Part shown: piece by piece, positions 18,222-27,288 of the stretch | Numbering within the stretch: position 1 is the first letter of the stretch | How the letters are laid out: the number at the start of each line of letters is the position of its first letter | Source of the DNA: Planctomycetota bacterium | GTDB taxonomy: Bacteria > Planctomycetota > UBA1135 > UBA2386 | Direction: 5' to 3' | Assembly (NCBI GenBank): GCA_947501605.1 | Contig: CANMWZ010000024.1 | Coordinates: 1-63,060 of the forward strand | DNA: 63,060 nt | The notes under the pieces: model-generated | Told to the model about the DNA's origin: nothing | Databases searched by the model: none | Seen by the model: only the letters and a program-made list of their open reading frames with translations | Program-made: the position numbers and the translations under genes

Positions 18222-19721
18222 TTACTTGCCAGTTGCCTTCGTCTTGCCGTGCTCGATCAGCGGCCACCGAGTTGAGTAGTCGAAGTCCGGCGACTGCTCG
18301 AAATCGTGGCATTGCGTGCAGACGACCGAGGGCGTGCCGTTGCCCACGCGACCCATCTTGCGAGTTGCTGGCTCGCTGGCGTGGGCGCTGCCAGCACCGT
18401 GGCAACGTTCGCAGCCGACGTCGGCGAGGTTGCGCGTGGTTTCCGGCGAGGCAAAGCCGCTCTGGTCGCCGTAGCCGACCACATGGCACGCAACGCAGTC
18501 GGGATACTGTGTGACCGGCCAGCCGTAGCGCGTCGGGTCCTTCTCCGCGCGTTCGAGAGTCTCCCAAGCGTGGCCGTGTTTGCTGTTGCGCCAGAGTTCG
18601 AGATCCTTGGTGTGGCACTCGCCGCAACGGGCGCTGCCGACGTACGACAGACCGTCTGCGAGTGGCGTTTGGCCCGCCATCTTCTCGCGCAGATGCTCCT
18701 CGGCGACGAACACGCGGTGCTTGCGCAAGACCTCACGGACCGCGGGATCCTGACCTGCGAGCGGCTTGGTCTCGCTCGCGCGCAGCGGCACGAGTTCGTA
18801 CTGCGGGATGGCGGCACCCTTCTCGGTACGGCCGAAGTGCAGATCGACCAGGAAGCGACCGCGTACGCCGGGGAACACCACCGGCACGTCGCCGACCATC
18901 GTCGGATGTGCGGGCGGTTCGTGCACCGCGTCGGTGATCCCGATGGCCAAGTCAGGCCGCGGCGCGAGACCTTCGACCACCTTGCGCACGGTCTCTGGGT
19001 CAGCGTGGACGAGAACTACGCGCAGCGTGGCATCGTCCGCACCTTCGAGTGCGCGCTTCCAGCCTGCGGCAGGATCCAACAGGCGCAGTTGCTGCGGGGC
19101 CGCCTTCGCCAGCGACTCGGGCAGCTTCATCGCCAGGGAGGCAATGCGCACTGTCGCGGTGCGCACGGTCTTCTCGACGAATGCTCGCGGCTGCAACTTG
19201 CTGCCGTCGGCGATGAGATCCGAGCCGACGATGGGGGCGTTGTACGCGGCGAGATACTCGCCCCACGAATCGAGCGGGAGTGCCAAGTCGTCGGGCCCGA
19301 GGCCGAGGACGTCGTAGCGAGTCGGCATGCCGAACAGGACTTCGACTGCGGTGAAGGCCTTCTCCAGATCGAGGGGTGTCGTGCCGCCGACCAAGTTGCC
19401 GCCTTCGATCAGCAGATCGGCACCGTGCACTTCCTGGATGTAGGTAGCACGCCGCGGTAGGCCACCTAGCTGGCCCGAAGCGCAACCACAGGGTTCGAGC
19501 TTGCCCTCCATGTTGCCCGAGAGCAGGACGTGGATGCGCTCGCCGAGCACCGGCAACTGCGCCACGGCGGGCGGAGCTGCTGGCGAGGGTCGCTGCTGGC
19601 CTTCTACCTGGATCCCTGCGACTGGTTGGCGGCGTGCACTCTCGTCGCCGCACTGCGCGAACAGGATGATGCCGCAGGTCAACAGCACAGCACAGGGCGT
19701 ACGGATCGAGATGGGCATCAT
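18222..19721 (-). CDS. UshA/5'-nucleotidase-like domain fused to tetraheme cytochrome c554-like domain
   Basis: N-terminal signal, GNMEGKLEPCGC..GQLGGLPRR motif, YVGS..CGECH and three further CxxCH (CVACH, CERCH, CTQCH). Confidence 0.85.
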   Translation of the reverse strand: MMPISIRTPCAVLLTCGIILFAQCGDESARRQPVAGIQVEGQQRPSPAAPPAVAQLPVLGERIHVLLSGNMEGKLEPCGCASGQLGGLPRRATYIQEVHGADLLIEGGNLVGGTTPLDLEKAFTAVEVLFGMPTRYDVLGLGPDDLALPLDSWGEYLAAYNAPIVGSDLIADGSKLQPRAFVEKTVRTATVRIASLAMKLPESLAKAAPQQLRLLDPAAGWKRALEGADDATLRVVLVHADPETVRKVVEGLAPRPDLAIGITDAVHEPPAHPTMVGDVPVVFPGVRGRFLVDLHFGRTEKGAAIPQYELVPLRASETKPLAGQDPAVREVLRKHRVFVAEEHLREKMAGQTPLADGLSYVGSARCGECHTKDLELWRNSKHGHAWETLERAEKDPTRYGWPVTQYPDCVACHVVGYGDQSGFASPETTRNLADVGCERCHGAGSAHASEPATRKMGRVGNGTPSVVCTQCHDFEQSPDFDYSTRWPLIEHGKTKATGK

Positions 19722-20878
19722 GGTCGCGTGTCGTGCAAGGCTACGAGCTCGATCGGCAGGAACGGCCCGTTCGTCGGATCCTTGGCGAGCACCAGCTTGC
19801 CGCGGAACTCGGTGGTGGATGCGCCGGTCCATCGAACGTGAACTCGGCAACTGCGTGGCTCATCGGCTACGGGTTCGAGGGTCACCTCGAATTGGCGGCT
19901 CGCGTCCTGCCCGTTGTCGTCGAGGATCTTGGCGACGACGAAGCCGGGCACGCGCGAAGTGTCGTGGTCCGTCACCAGCACGTACTGGCTGCTCGCACGT
20001 TCGGTGGGCTGGGCTTGGCGCAGGTCGGCACGCAGCGAGATTTTGGCGAACGGGATGACTTCGAGGTCAGGCACCAACGTCGCGGTTGCGGCAAGGTGCA
20101 CGTGGTAGGGTGGATCGAGGTCGGTATCGACTTGGACCAAGGCGCGTAGACTGTCGCCATCGCCGACCCGCGGGGCAAAGCGCACGCGCAAGAGGGTGAA
20201 CCCCTCGCTCGGTTCGAGTGCGACCTGCAAGCGTTCATCGTCCACCCGCGCGTTGCGAAACGTGAGTGTGCGACCGCCTAGGTCGCTCGACAGGGTCAGC
20301 GTCTGCTCCGCTGGCTGTGAGGGCGCGACTCGCCCGAAGTCGATGATCGAGACGGGGCGGACACGCACTGGCGAGTCCACTTGGAAGCGGAACTGCAGCT
20401 GCCACGGTACTCGCTGATTTGGGTCGCGCGCCTCGCTGTGCTGCAGAACAACGACCACGCGGCTTTCGAGCACCTTGGTATCGACGGGTTCGCGCTTGAT
20501 CGTGTCGAGCGTCGTGCGCACGACCAGGACTTCGCCTTCCTTGGGCGCGTTGTTGGGGCTGTAGACCTCAACGGGCCGTTCCGAGCCGTCCTTGGCGCGC
20601 ATCCACAACTCCGTACGTGCGCAGGAGCAATCGACATGCGTCCCCGGCGAGTACCAGCCGGGGCCCAGCGCGGCGCGGACATCGAGGACGAAGTCGTGCT
20701 GCCGCGACTCGCCGTGACGGATCGTGCCGAAGTCATGGACCAGCGTCGGCGGTGGCTTGGGAGTCCCTTCTTGGCGGCGCTGTGCCGGAGGCTGAGCAGG
20801 GGGCGCTCCGTCGCCGCTGCCGCACGCTACGACGAGCAGACTGCAGCAGCCGAAGAGCCAGCGGGGGGGGGTGAGCAT
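19718..20878 (-). CDS. lipoprotein with Ig-like (DUF1573-like) domains
   Basis: Lipobox LVVAC, HDFGTI...HDF, CSCA motif, second IDFGRV repeat. Stop overlaps the cytochrome start (ATGA). Confidence 0.7.
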   Translation of the reverse strand: MLTPPRWLFGCCSLLVVACGSGDGAPPAQPPAQRRQEGTPKPPPTLVHDFGTIRHGESRQHDFVLDVRAALGPGWYSPGTHVDCSCARTELWMRAKDGSERPVEVYSPNNAPKEGEVLVVRTTLDTIKREPVDTKVLESRVVVVLQHSEARDPNQRVPWQLQFRFQVDSPVRVRPVSIIDFGRVAPSQPAEQTLTLSSDLGGRTLTFRNARVDDERLQVALEPSEGFTLLRVRFAPRVGDGDSLRALVQVDTDLDPPYHVHLAATATLVPDLEVIPFAKISLRADLRQAQPTERASSQYVLVTDHDTSRVPGFVVAKILDDNGQDASRQFEVTLEPVADEPRSCRVHVRWTGASTTEFRGKLVLAKDPTNGPFLPIELVALHDTRP

Positions 20879-20953
20879 GCAGGCCGCATAGTACGGCCAC
20901 GGTCGGCGGCAACTCCACGATGGCGACGCGGGAACTGCAGGGAGTACAGGGTT

Positions 20954-20986
20954 CGGGGCCGCGCTCCGACAAGGATCGCGGCCCCG
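20954..20986 (-). terminator. strong GC hairpin (terminator or sRNA 3' stem)
   Basis: CGGGGCCGCG...CGCGGCCCCG 10-bp perfect stem plus inner TCC/GGA. No clear U-tract. Confidence 0.45.
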
Positions 20987-21023
20987 GACTCGGGCAATCG
21001 GGAAGGAATGACGAGGGTGGAGA

Positions 21024-21039
21024 AGCAACTGGCTTGCCA
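21024..21039 (-). promoter_or_regulatory. sigma54 (-24/-12) promoter
   Basis: Minus strand reads TGGCAAGCCAGTTGCT, matching TGGCACG-N4-TTGC with one mismatch. Directly downstream of a sigma54 activator gene. Confidence 0.75.
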
Positions 21040-21168
21040 AGTGTGCCGGAAGTGCGAGTGCGCCGTGCTACGGCGGTTTCTGCTCGACCAACAAGGGCAA
21101 GGCGCAACAAGATGGTGGCGCCGCTGCCATGCTGTTGCGGCGCGCGTGCCATAGTTCTGCGGCTCGGT

Positions 21169-22572
21169 TCAGCTCGGCAGGTTGTGGCGCTTCAGCTTTC
21201 GGTGCAGGGTCGTGTAGTCGATTTGCAAGGCTCGTGCAGCCTTGGCCTTGTTGCCACCGCACTCCCGAATCGTCTCCACCAGGATCTGTGCTTCGAGCTG
21301 GTCTGTTGCTCGACGAACGCGATCGGCCAGCGCGGTGTCCTCGGCGTGCCGTTCACTCCTGCCATCGATCGGCGCGAAGTTGGAGTGCGTGGTCGACGCT
21401 GCGACGGCGTTGTGAGTCGTCACCGTGAAGCCGTCTACGTCGAGTTCGCGTTCTGTGCACAACAGGACCGCGCGGCGAAGTGCATTGCGCAGTTCGCGGA
21501 GGTTGCCAGGCCACGGTTGGGCCATGAGCCACTGCTCGGCCGCAGCCGTCAGCCCTTCTACCTGGCGGCCGAACTCGCGGTTGGCCTCGGAGAGAAAGCG
21601 TCGTGCGAAATGCACAGTGTCCTCCGGCCTCGCTCGCAGTGGCGGCAGCGACAGGGTGAACTCGGCGACACGGTGGAACAGGTCGATACGGAAGCGACCG
21701 GCGCGAACGTCCTCGTCGAGCGCGGCATTGGTGGCACAGAGAAGTCGCGTTTGGAACGGTACTGGTTGGTCGCCGCCGACGGGTACGACGACGCGCTCCT
21801 GCAGAGCTCGCAGGAGCTTGGCCTGGAGGGGCAGCGGTAGATTGCCGAGTTCGTCGAGGAACAGCGTCCCGCCGTCAGCTAGCTGGAAGAGTCCGGCGCG
21901 GTCCCGGTCGGCGCCCGTGAAGGCTCCTCGTTTGTGGCCGAACAGTTGGCTCTCCATCAGCGGTTCCGGCAGCGCACCGCAGTCGATGGCAACGAATGGG
22001 CCTGCTGCAGCCGGCGAGCGCCGATGGATTTCGCGCGCGGCGACCTCTTTGCCGGTGCCTGACTCGCCGACGAGCAAGACCGATAGCGACGGTTGAGTCG
22101 CGACAAGGTCGATGGTGCGCTGCAGCTCTCGAGCCGGGGGCGAGTGCCCGAAGTCCGGTGCTTGCGGCTCCCCGCTCCGCAGTTGTCGAATCTCGCGCTT
22201 CAGCGCCCGTTGCTCGACAGCACGCTGCACTGTCAACAGGAGTCGTTGTGGGTCGTATGGCTTTGACTGGTAGTCGAACGCGCCCTTCTGGATCGCATCG
22301 ACTGCCGTGGCGATGTCCTCGACCGCTGAGAGGAGAACGACGGGCACGTCTGGGTGTGAGCGTCGCAATCGATGCAGCAACTCGATGCCCGCTACTTTGG
22401 GCATGCGGACATCGGTCAGCACCACATCAGGAAGTGTCTCGTCGACAGCGCGAAGTGCGCATTCGCCGTCCTCGGCCTCGGCGACCATGAACCCCGCGTC
22501 CTCGAACAACGAACGCAACACGAAGCGGAGGTCCGGTTCGTCATCGACGACCAGGATGCGTGGCTCGTTCAT
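21169..22572 (-). CDS. sigma54-dependent response regulator (NtrC family)
   Basis: REC domain, GESGTGKE, GAFTGA, LFLDELG, WPGNLRELRN, Fis HTH. Confidence 0.95.
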   Translation of the reverse strand: MNEPRILVVDDEPDLRFVLRSLFEDAGFMVAEAEDGECALRAVDETLPDVVLTDVRMPKVAGIELLHRLRRSHPDVPVVLLSAVEDIATAVDAIQKGAFDYQSKPYDPQRLLLTVQRAVEQRALKREIRQLRSGEPQAPDFGHSPPARELQRTIDLVATQPSLSVLLVGESGTGKEVAAREIHRRSPAAAGPFVAIDCGALPEPLMESQLFGHKRGAFTGADRDRAGLFQLADGGTLFLDELGNLPLPLQAKLLRALQERVVVPVGGDQPVPFQTRLLCATNAALDEDVRAGRFRIDLFHRVAEFTLSLPPLRARPEDTVHFARRFLSEANREFGRQVEGLTAAAEQWLMAQPWPGNLRELRNALRRAVLLCTERELDVDGFTVTTHNAVAASTTHSNFAPIDGRSERHAEDTALADRVRRATDQLEAQILVETIRECGGNKAKAARALQIDYTTLHRKLKRHNLPS

Positions 22573-23855
22573 GGGGTCACGCGTCGCGTGGCTGCCGCGA
22601 CAGCGGGCGTCTTGGTTGCGGATGCGCTGAGCGCCGGCGTCGGCAGCACGAGCACTGCCCGCGCACCGCCGCGCGTGCGTGGGTAGAGGCCGAGATCGCC
22701 ACCCAGTTCGTGAGCGATGCGACGGCTGCTTAGGAGCCCGAGCCCGGTGCCGCTGGTTCGCGTGGTGAAGAAGGGAGTGAACAGCTGGTGGCGCACTTCG
22801 GGGGGCAGGCCCTTGCCTCGATCTTCGACGGCGATCGCGACGATGGACTGGCCACGGCGGTCGAAGCGGCGAGCGCGAACGTCAATGGTGCCTTGGTGTG
22901 GCGAAGCCTGCGAGGCGTTGAGCAGTAGGTTGACCAGCACCTGCAGGAGATGCTCGCGATCGGCGACGACGATGTGGGCGCCGACTTCGGCGACGAAGCG
23001 AAGCTGCTTGCGGCGACCCTCGACTTGCACCAATGCCAGCACCTCGCGGACGACCTCCGCGAGCGGAATTGGGCCGCGAATCGCCTTGCGCGGTCGGCCG
23101 AGATCGAGGAGCGCCTGGATCGTGCGATCCGCCCGTTCGACGCCGCGGCGGATGATCTCGGTGTGCTCGGCAATGGACTCTGGTGTCCGCGCCTTCCGTT
23201 GCATGGAGTCCGCAGCGCCCTTGATGATCGTCAGTGGGTTGCGCAGGTCGTGGGCCACGCCGGCGGCGAGTTCGCCAAGGATGCCCATGCGATGCGCCTC
23301 GACGAGCTTCTGCTCCATGTGAGTGCGCGCGGATTCGGATTCGTGCAGTTCGCCCTTGGTGCGCTCCATCGACGCTTCGAGTTGCCGATGGCTTTCGAGC
23401 ACCAGGGGGATCCACAGCAACAGCCCGTAGGCGAGGAGCACGAACCCGAGCAGGAAGATCGCGCCGCGATCGCATGCAACGCGAAGCTGCTCGGCGAACG
23501 TGCCTGGCTGGGCCAGTTCGAGCAGGGTGAGCACAGCGCTTGCCGATGACGCAAGCGTCAGCACCAAGAAGCCGGCCTCGCAGAGCCGCAGTGGCAGCCC
23601 ACGAATGTGCGGGTGGCGAGTCCCGGTGGTGCGCAGAAACGACCAGAGCAGCGCGAAGAACAGGGGGCGCAGCGCAACTTCGGTGGCGTTCCAGCCAGTC
23701 AGCGCCGCCAGGGCCACCGTCAAGGCCGTGAGCAGGGCGCAATGTAGTAGCGCGCCCGGGAGTGCGGAGAGCGAACTCGGTCCAGGTGCTGCAGCGGGCG
23801 CCGCCATGCCCTTCGTATCGGCTGGCTCGCGCTCGCGGCTGAGGTCCCCGTGCAT
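22569..23855 (-). CDS. membrane sensor histidine kinase
   Basis: About 4-5 N-terminal TM helices, H-box AHDLRNPL, N-box NLLLNA, G1 DRGKG, F/G2 FTPFFTT...GTGLGL. Start may be slightly downstream. Confidence 0.93.
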   Translation of the reverse strand: MHGDLSREREPADTKGMAAPAAAPGPSSLSALPGALLHCALLTALTVALAALTGWNATEVALRPLFFALLWSFLRTTGTRHPHIRGLPLRLCEAGFLVLTLASSASAVLTLLELAQPGTFAEQLRVACDRGAIFLLGFVLLAYGLLLWIPLVLESHRQLEASMERTKGELHESESARTHMEQKLVEAHRMGILGELAAGVAHDLRNPLTIIKGAADSMQRKARTPESIAEHTEIIRRGVERADRTIQALLDLGRPRKAIRGPIPLAEVVREVLALVQVEGRRKQLRFVAEVGAHIVVADREHLLQVLVNLLLNASQASPHQGTIDVRARRFDRRGQSIVAIAVEDRGKGLPPEVRHQLFTPFFTTRTSGTGLGLLSSRRIAHELGGDLGLYPRTRGGARAVLVLPTPALSASATKTPAVAAATRRVTP

Positions 23856-23920
23856 ACCGACGCCCGGTGGCGCGATGCTGCCGCGCGCAGTGGCTGCCCT
23901 GCCGCTGCCGATGCTGCCCT

Positions 23921-23985
23921 GCGGTTGCCTATTCCGCGGCAGCGCCGCGGCGGTTGCCTATTCCGCGGCAGCGCCGCGGCGGTTG
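23921..23985. repeat. perfect 29-bp tandem duplication spanning the amidase stop codon
   Basis: GCGGTTGCCTATTCCGCGGCAGCGCCGCG at 23921-23949 and 23950-23978, plus a partial third copy. Confidence 0.9.
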
Positions 23986-25016
23986 ACCGCCGAGCGCGGC
24001 GACGGCAGTTCGCGAGCGATGCGATCCACCTCGTTCTTCAGGTAGGCGCCCGGGCACTGCGTATTGACCAAGTCGCTGTGACAGAAGACTTGGTCCCGCT
24101 TGACGTCGAACTCGGCGGAGAGCGAGGCGATCAACCGTTCGAGCGCCGCGAGTTCCTCCGCTGTCGGCCGTTGGCCTTCACGGCCGCGGATGAAGTTGCC
24201 CAGCACGCAGATGCCGATGTTGCCGACGTTGTTGTCGCCGCGGGCGTGGGCACCCTGGAAGCGCAGTTCGCGACCTTGCCAGACACGACCCGCCGGATCG
24301 ATCAGGAAGTGGTAGCCAATGTCGCCGCAGCCCTCGGTCTGCATGTGCGTCTTCTGGATCGACCGCAGTTGGCTTGCGGCCGCTGCTGGCGTCTGGCTGC
24401 GCAGCAGAATGGCTGAGTGGTGGACCGTGATGCGATAGATGTCGCCCATCGGGTCGAGTCGGCTTCGGATCGTGGCGCTCGGGTTCCACTCCGTGCGCGG
24501 TCGCGCGTCGCTCATCCTTGCCGGCGCCGGAGAGCCCGCGTTGGCTGCCAGCTTCGGCCTGGCCACCGGGGTCATGTCGTCGATCCGATGTCGGAGGCGC
24601 TCATCCAGGGACAGCTCGCGGGCGCGTGTCCGGTCGTAGGCACCGTCCTGGGGCTGCCCCATGGCATTGAACGCTTCGGCGCGGATGTAGCGCGCAAAGG
24701 CTTCCGCCGACGGCGAGGGCGCCTCACTGCCGTAGAGCACAAGGGCGCTTGCGTCGATCGCTTCTTGCGGACGCTTCCGTTGCAGCAGGACCCAGGCCCG
24801 GCGCAGGTGCGGTGCCGGCTCGTTGCCGCGGGGGGTTGTGTCGAGGTCGAGTTCCGCGTCGTCACGAAGCGGCGCGAACACGTATTCGAACGACAGCACC
24901 GGCGACTCACCGAGCTTGCGCCCGGTGTTGCGCGGCATGGTGCTACACGCAGAGAAGAACGCCAATAGGCAAAACGCGAAGCACAACGCATTCCGCCGCA
25001 GAACGGACATCGACAT
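23958..25016 (-). CDS. N-acetylmuramoyl-L-alanine amidase (Amidase_2/PGRP-like) lipoprotein with TPR-like N-domain
   Basis: Lipobox FFSAC, ITVHHSA, DIGYHFLID, GAHA, NIGICVLGNF, HSD...TQCPG. SD GGAAGGTGG upstream. Confidence 0.9.
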   Translation of the reverse strand: MSMSVLRRNALCFAFCLLAFFSACSTMPRNTGRKLGESPVLSFEYVFAPLRDDAELDLDTTPRGNEPAPHLRRAWVLLQRKRPQEAIDASALVLYGSEAPSPSAEAFARYIRAEAFNAMGQPQDGAYDRTRARELSLDERLRHRIDDMTPVARPKLAANAGSPAPARMSDARPRTEWNPSATIRSRLDPMGDIYRITVHHSAILLRSQTPAAAASQLRSIQKTHMQTEGCGDIGYHFLIDPAGRVWQGRELRFQGAHARGDNNVGNIGICVLGNFIRGREGQRPTAEELAALERLIASLSAEFDVKRDQVFCHSDLVNTQCPGAYLKNEVDRIARELPSPRSAVNRRGAAAE

Positions 25017-25221
25017 CACCGCTACCACCTTCCGTGCGGCACGTCAGGGCCGACCGACCCTGGACCACCGCAACCAGTGGGGCGGAGCCTAGGGCAAGGA
25101 TGGTCTCGTGCCAAGCGTCGGCTCACGGGGCAGGCCAGCTTTGCGACCGGCAGGCGGCGGCATTCATGCCGCCGCCCGGTTCGGTCGATACCTCCCCGGT
25201 TCCGCATCAGAAGGCCTCGGG

Positions 25222-25668
25222 ATGCCAGCACAGCTACTGCTTCGATTGACCGGTCCGCTCGATCAACTCCGCCTCTGTTGGCAAGCGGGGGAGACCATGC
25301 TCGAGTCGGTTCCCTTCGAGATCGACCCCGAATGCACGCGCTACAACGTGCTCCTGGCCCTGCAGGAAATGGTCACCAACGTGCTGCGCCACGCCTACGA
25401 CGGCGACGATTCCCAGCCCGTGGAAGTCCAGTTCACGGTCACGGAAGAGGCGTTTGAGCTCGAACTGCGCGATCGCGGCCCTGCTTTCGACCCACTGGCC
25501 CACGACGTCTCCATGCTGCTGATGGACACGTCGATGCCGACTGCGGCCGGGGGGTTTGGCATCCACATCACGAGGTTGGTCATGGATCGCCTCGAGTACG
25601 CGAACATCGACGGATGGAACACCCTGCGCATGGCCAAGCTCGTGCGCACACCGCAACAGACGCACTGA
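25222..25668 (+). CDS. anti-sigma factor / Ser kinase (RsbW-like HATPase_c_2)
   Basis: LALQEMVTNVLRHAY, RDRGPAFDP, GGFGIHI..LVMD.LEY...GWNTLRM.K. Confidence 0.9.
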   Translation: MPAQLLLRLTGPLDQLRLCWQAGETMLESVPFEIDPECTRYNVLLALQEMVTNVLRHAYDGDDSQPVEVQFTVTEEAFELELRDRGPAFDPLAHDVSMLLMDTSMPTAAGGFGIHITRLVMDRLEYANIDGWNTLRMAKLVRTPQQTH

Positions 25669-25683
25669 CCGTCGGATTCACTC

Positions 25684-27288
25684 GTGTACTCCACCCTTAG
25701 CTACAGCGACCTGCTGGATGACCTCGCCGGAGCACTGGCGAGCGTGCAACTGCGTGTCGTCGACCCCTTGGGGGTAGAGCTCTGGCGAGGACCGGAACGC
25801 CCCACCGCCGCCGACGACCGCGAACTCCGGGTCGACCTTCCTGGCGGTGAGCGGGTGTTGGCGATGCTCCCGATGGGGCTGCCGGCGACAACGGAGACGC
25901 TGCTGCGATCGTCGCTGTCGACCCTGGCTCGCTGCGAACAGCTCGAGCAAGACATGCAGAGCATGAACAACAGCTCCGTGCAGTTGCTGGAGCAGGTGTC
26001 CATGCTGGGCGAGACGCTGCCGCGCCTGTCGATCGCCGACTCGGTAGCTGAACTCGCGAGAACGGTGCTGTTGGCCTGTTCGCAGGCGACCGGGGCAAGG
26101 CGGGCGATCTTCGTCCGGCTGCATGCCCAGGCCGGCGTTGGCGAAGTCGCCGGGCACGTTGAGATTGGAGCCCACGGGCAACCGCTGGCGACGATCTACC
26201 CGAAGGCCGAGCGCATGGCCGCCGACCAAGGCCTGATTGGAGAGGTGCTGGCGCACGGCGATCGGCCAGTGTGGTACTCCGTGCGCGACCGCGGTCCCGC
26301 TGCCGATACCGATTCGCCCGAGTCCTTGGCGCGTGGCGAGGTAATGGCCGTCCCGGTTGCCTGTGACACCAGCGATGACCGCGACGTGCTCGGAGCGATC
26401 CTGCTCTACGACAAGCTCGGCTGCGACTACGCGCACAACGAGCGCGGGCTCGGCTCGGAGGAGTGCCAGATCGCGCTGTCGTTTGCGTCGATGCTCGGCG
26501 CCATTCTCGGCGTGCGGCAGTCGGCGGAGTTCGCCAAGGAACTGAGCATGGCGCAAGCGATCCAGGCTCAGATCCTGCCGTCGGCGCCGGCGCGCGTTGC
26601 CGGCTTCGACGTCGCTGGCGACTACCGTAACTGGGGCGATGTGGGCGGCGACTACTTTGACTATGTGCCCCTTCGCGACGGTCGCACGCTAGCGGTGGTC
26701 GCGGACGTCTCGGGCCACAACCTCGCGAGCGGCATGATGATGGTCAGCGCGCGCGCTACCCTCCGCACGCTGGCGCAGGCTCACGAGGATCCGGGGATGC
26801 TGTTCTCGGAGTTGGCCCGTGGGATGTACCAGGATCTGTCGAAGGTCGAGCGTTTCCTGACCGCAGTTGGAGTGGCGCTGCGTCCGGACACCAACGAACT
26901 CGAGATCGTCAACGCCGGGCACAATCCGCCTCTGCTCTACCGCGCGAAGGATCGATCGGTCACTGGCATCGAAGCGCAGACGACAGTGCTCGGGTTCATG
27001 CCCGAAGCAGACTTCCCGACGACGCGCATCGCGATGGAGCCTGGTGACTGCCTGCTGCTCTACACCGATGGCGTCACCGAGGCGGCCAACTCCGACGAGG
27101 AGATGTTCGGCGACGACCGTCTGGCCTCGGTGCTCGTCACCGCGGCATCGCGGCCGGCGGCCGAGATCATCGCCATGGTCATGGCGGCGGTACACAGCTT
27201 TCGCCGTCCAGGCGAACGCGGCGATGACATCACGTTGGTCGCGATCAAAATGCCAGGGAAGACGAACGGGACCACAGGAGGACGATGA
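25684..27288 (+). CDS. GAF + SpoIIE/PP2C phosphatase (RsbU-like)
   Basis: AQAIQAQILP, VGGDYFD, ADVSGH, NAGHNPP, LYTDGVTEA, DDIT. GAF-like N-terminal region. Confidence 0.92.
   Translation: MYSTLSYSDLLDDLAGALASVQLRVVDPLGVELWRGPERPTAADDRELRVDLPGGERVLAMLPMGLPATTETLLRSSLSTLARCEQLEQDMQSMNNSSVQLLEQVSMLGETLPRLSIADSVAELARTVLLACSQATGARRAIFVRLHAQAGVGEVAGHVEIGAHGQPLATIYPKAERMAADQGLIGEVLAHGDRPVWYSVRDRGPAADTDSPESLARGEVMAVPVACDTSDDRDVLGAILLYDKLGCDYAHNERGLGSEECQIALSFASMLGAILGVRQSAEFAKELSMAQAIQAQILPSAPARVAGFDVAGDYRNWGDVGGDYFDYVPLRDGRTLAVVADVSGHNLASGMMMVSARATLRTLAQAHEDPGMLFSELARGMYQDLSKVERFLTAVGVALRPDTNELEIVNAGHNPPLLYRAKDRSVTGIEAQTTVLGFMPEADFPTTRIAMEPGDCLLLYTDGVTEAANSDEEMFGDDRLASVLVTAASRPAAEIIAMVMAAVHSFRRPGERGDDITLVAIKMPGKTNGTTGGR

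Noticed and set aside
19482..19490. Selenocysteine recoding in the CGC motif
   Set aside because: The codons are TGT-GGT-TGC, with no in-frame TGA.
25094..25113. sigma54 promoter for the amidase gene (minus strand TGGCACG...TTGC)
   Set aside because: The two elements are 9 nt apart rather than the required 4.
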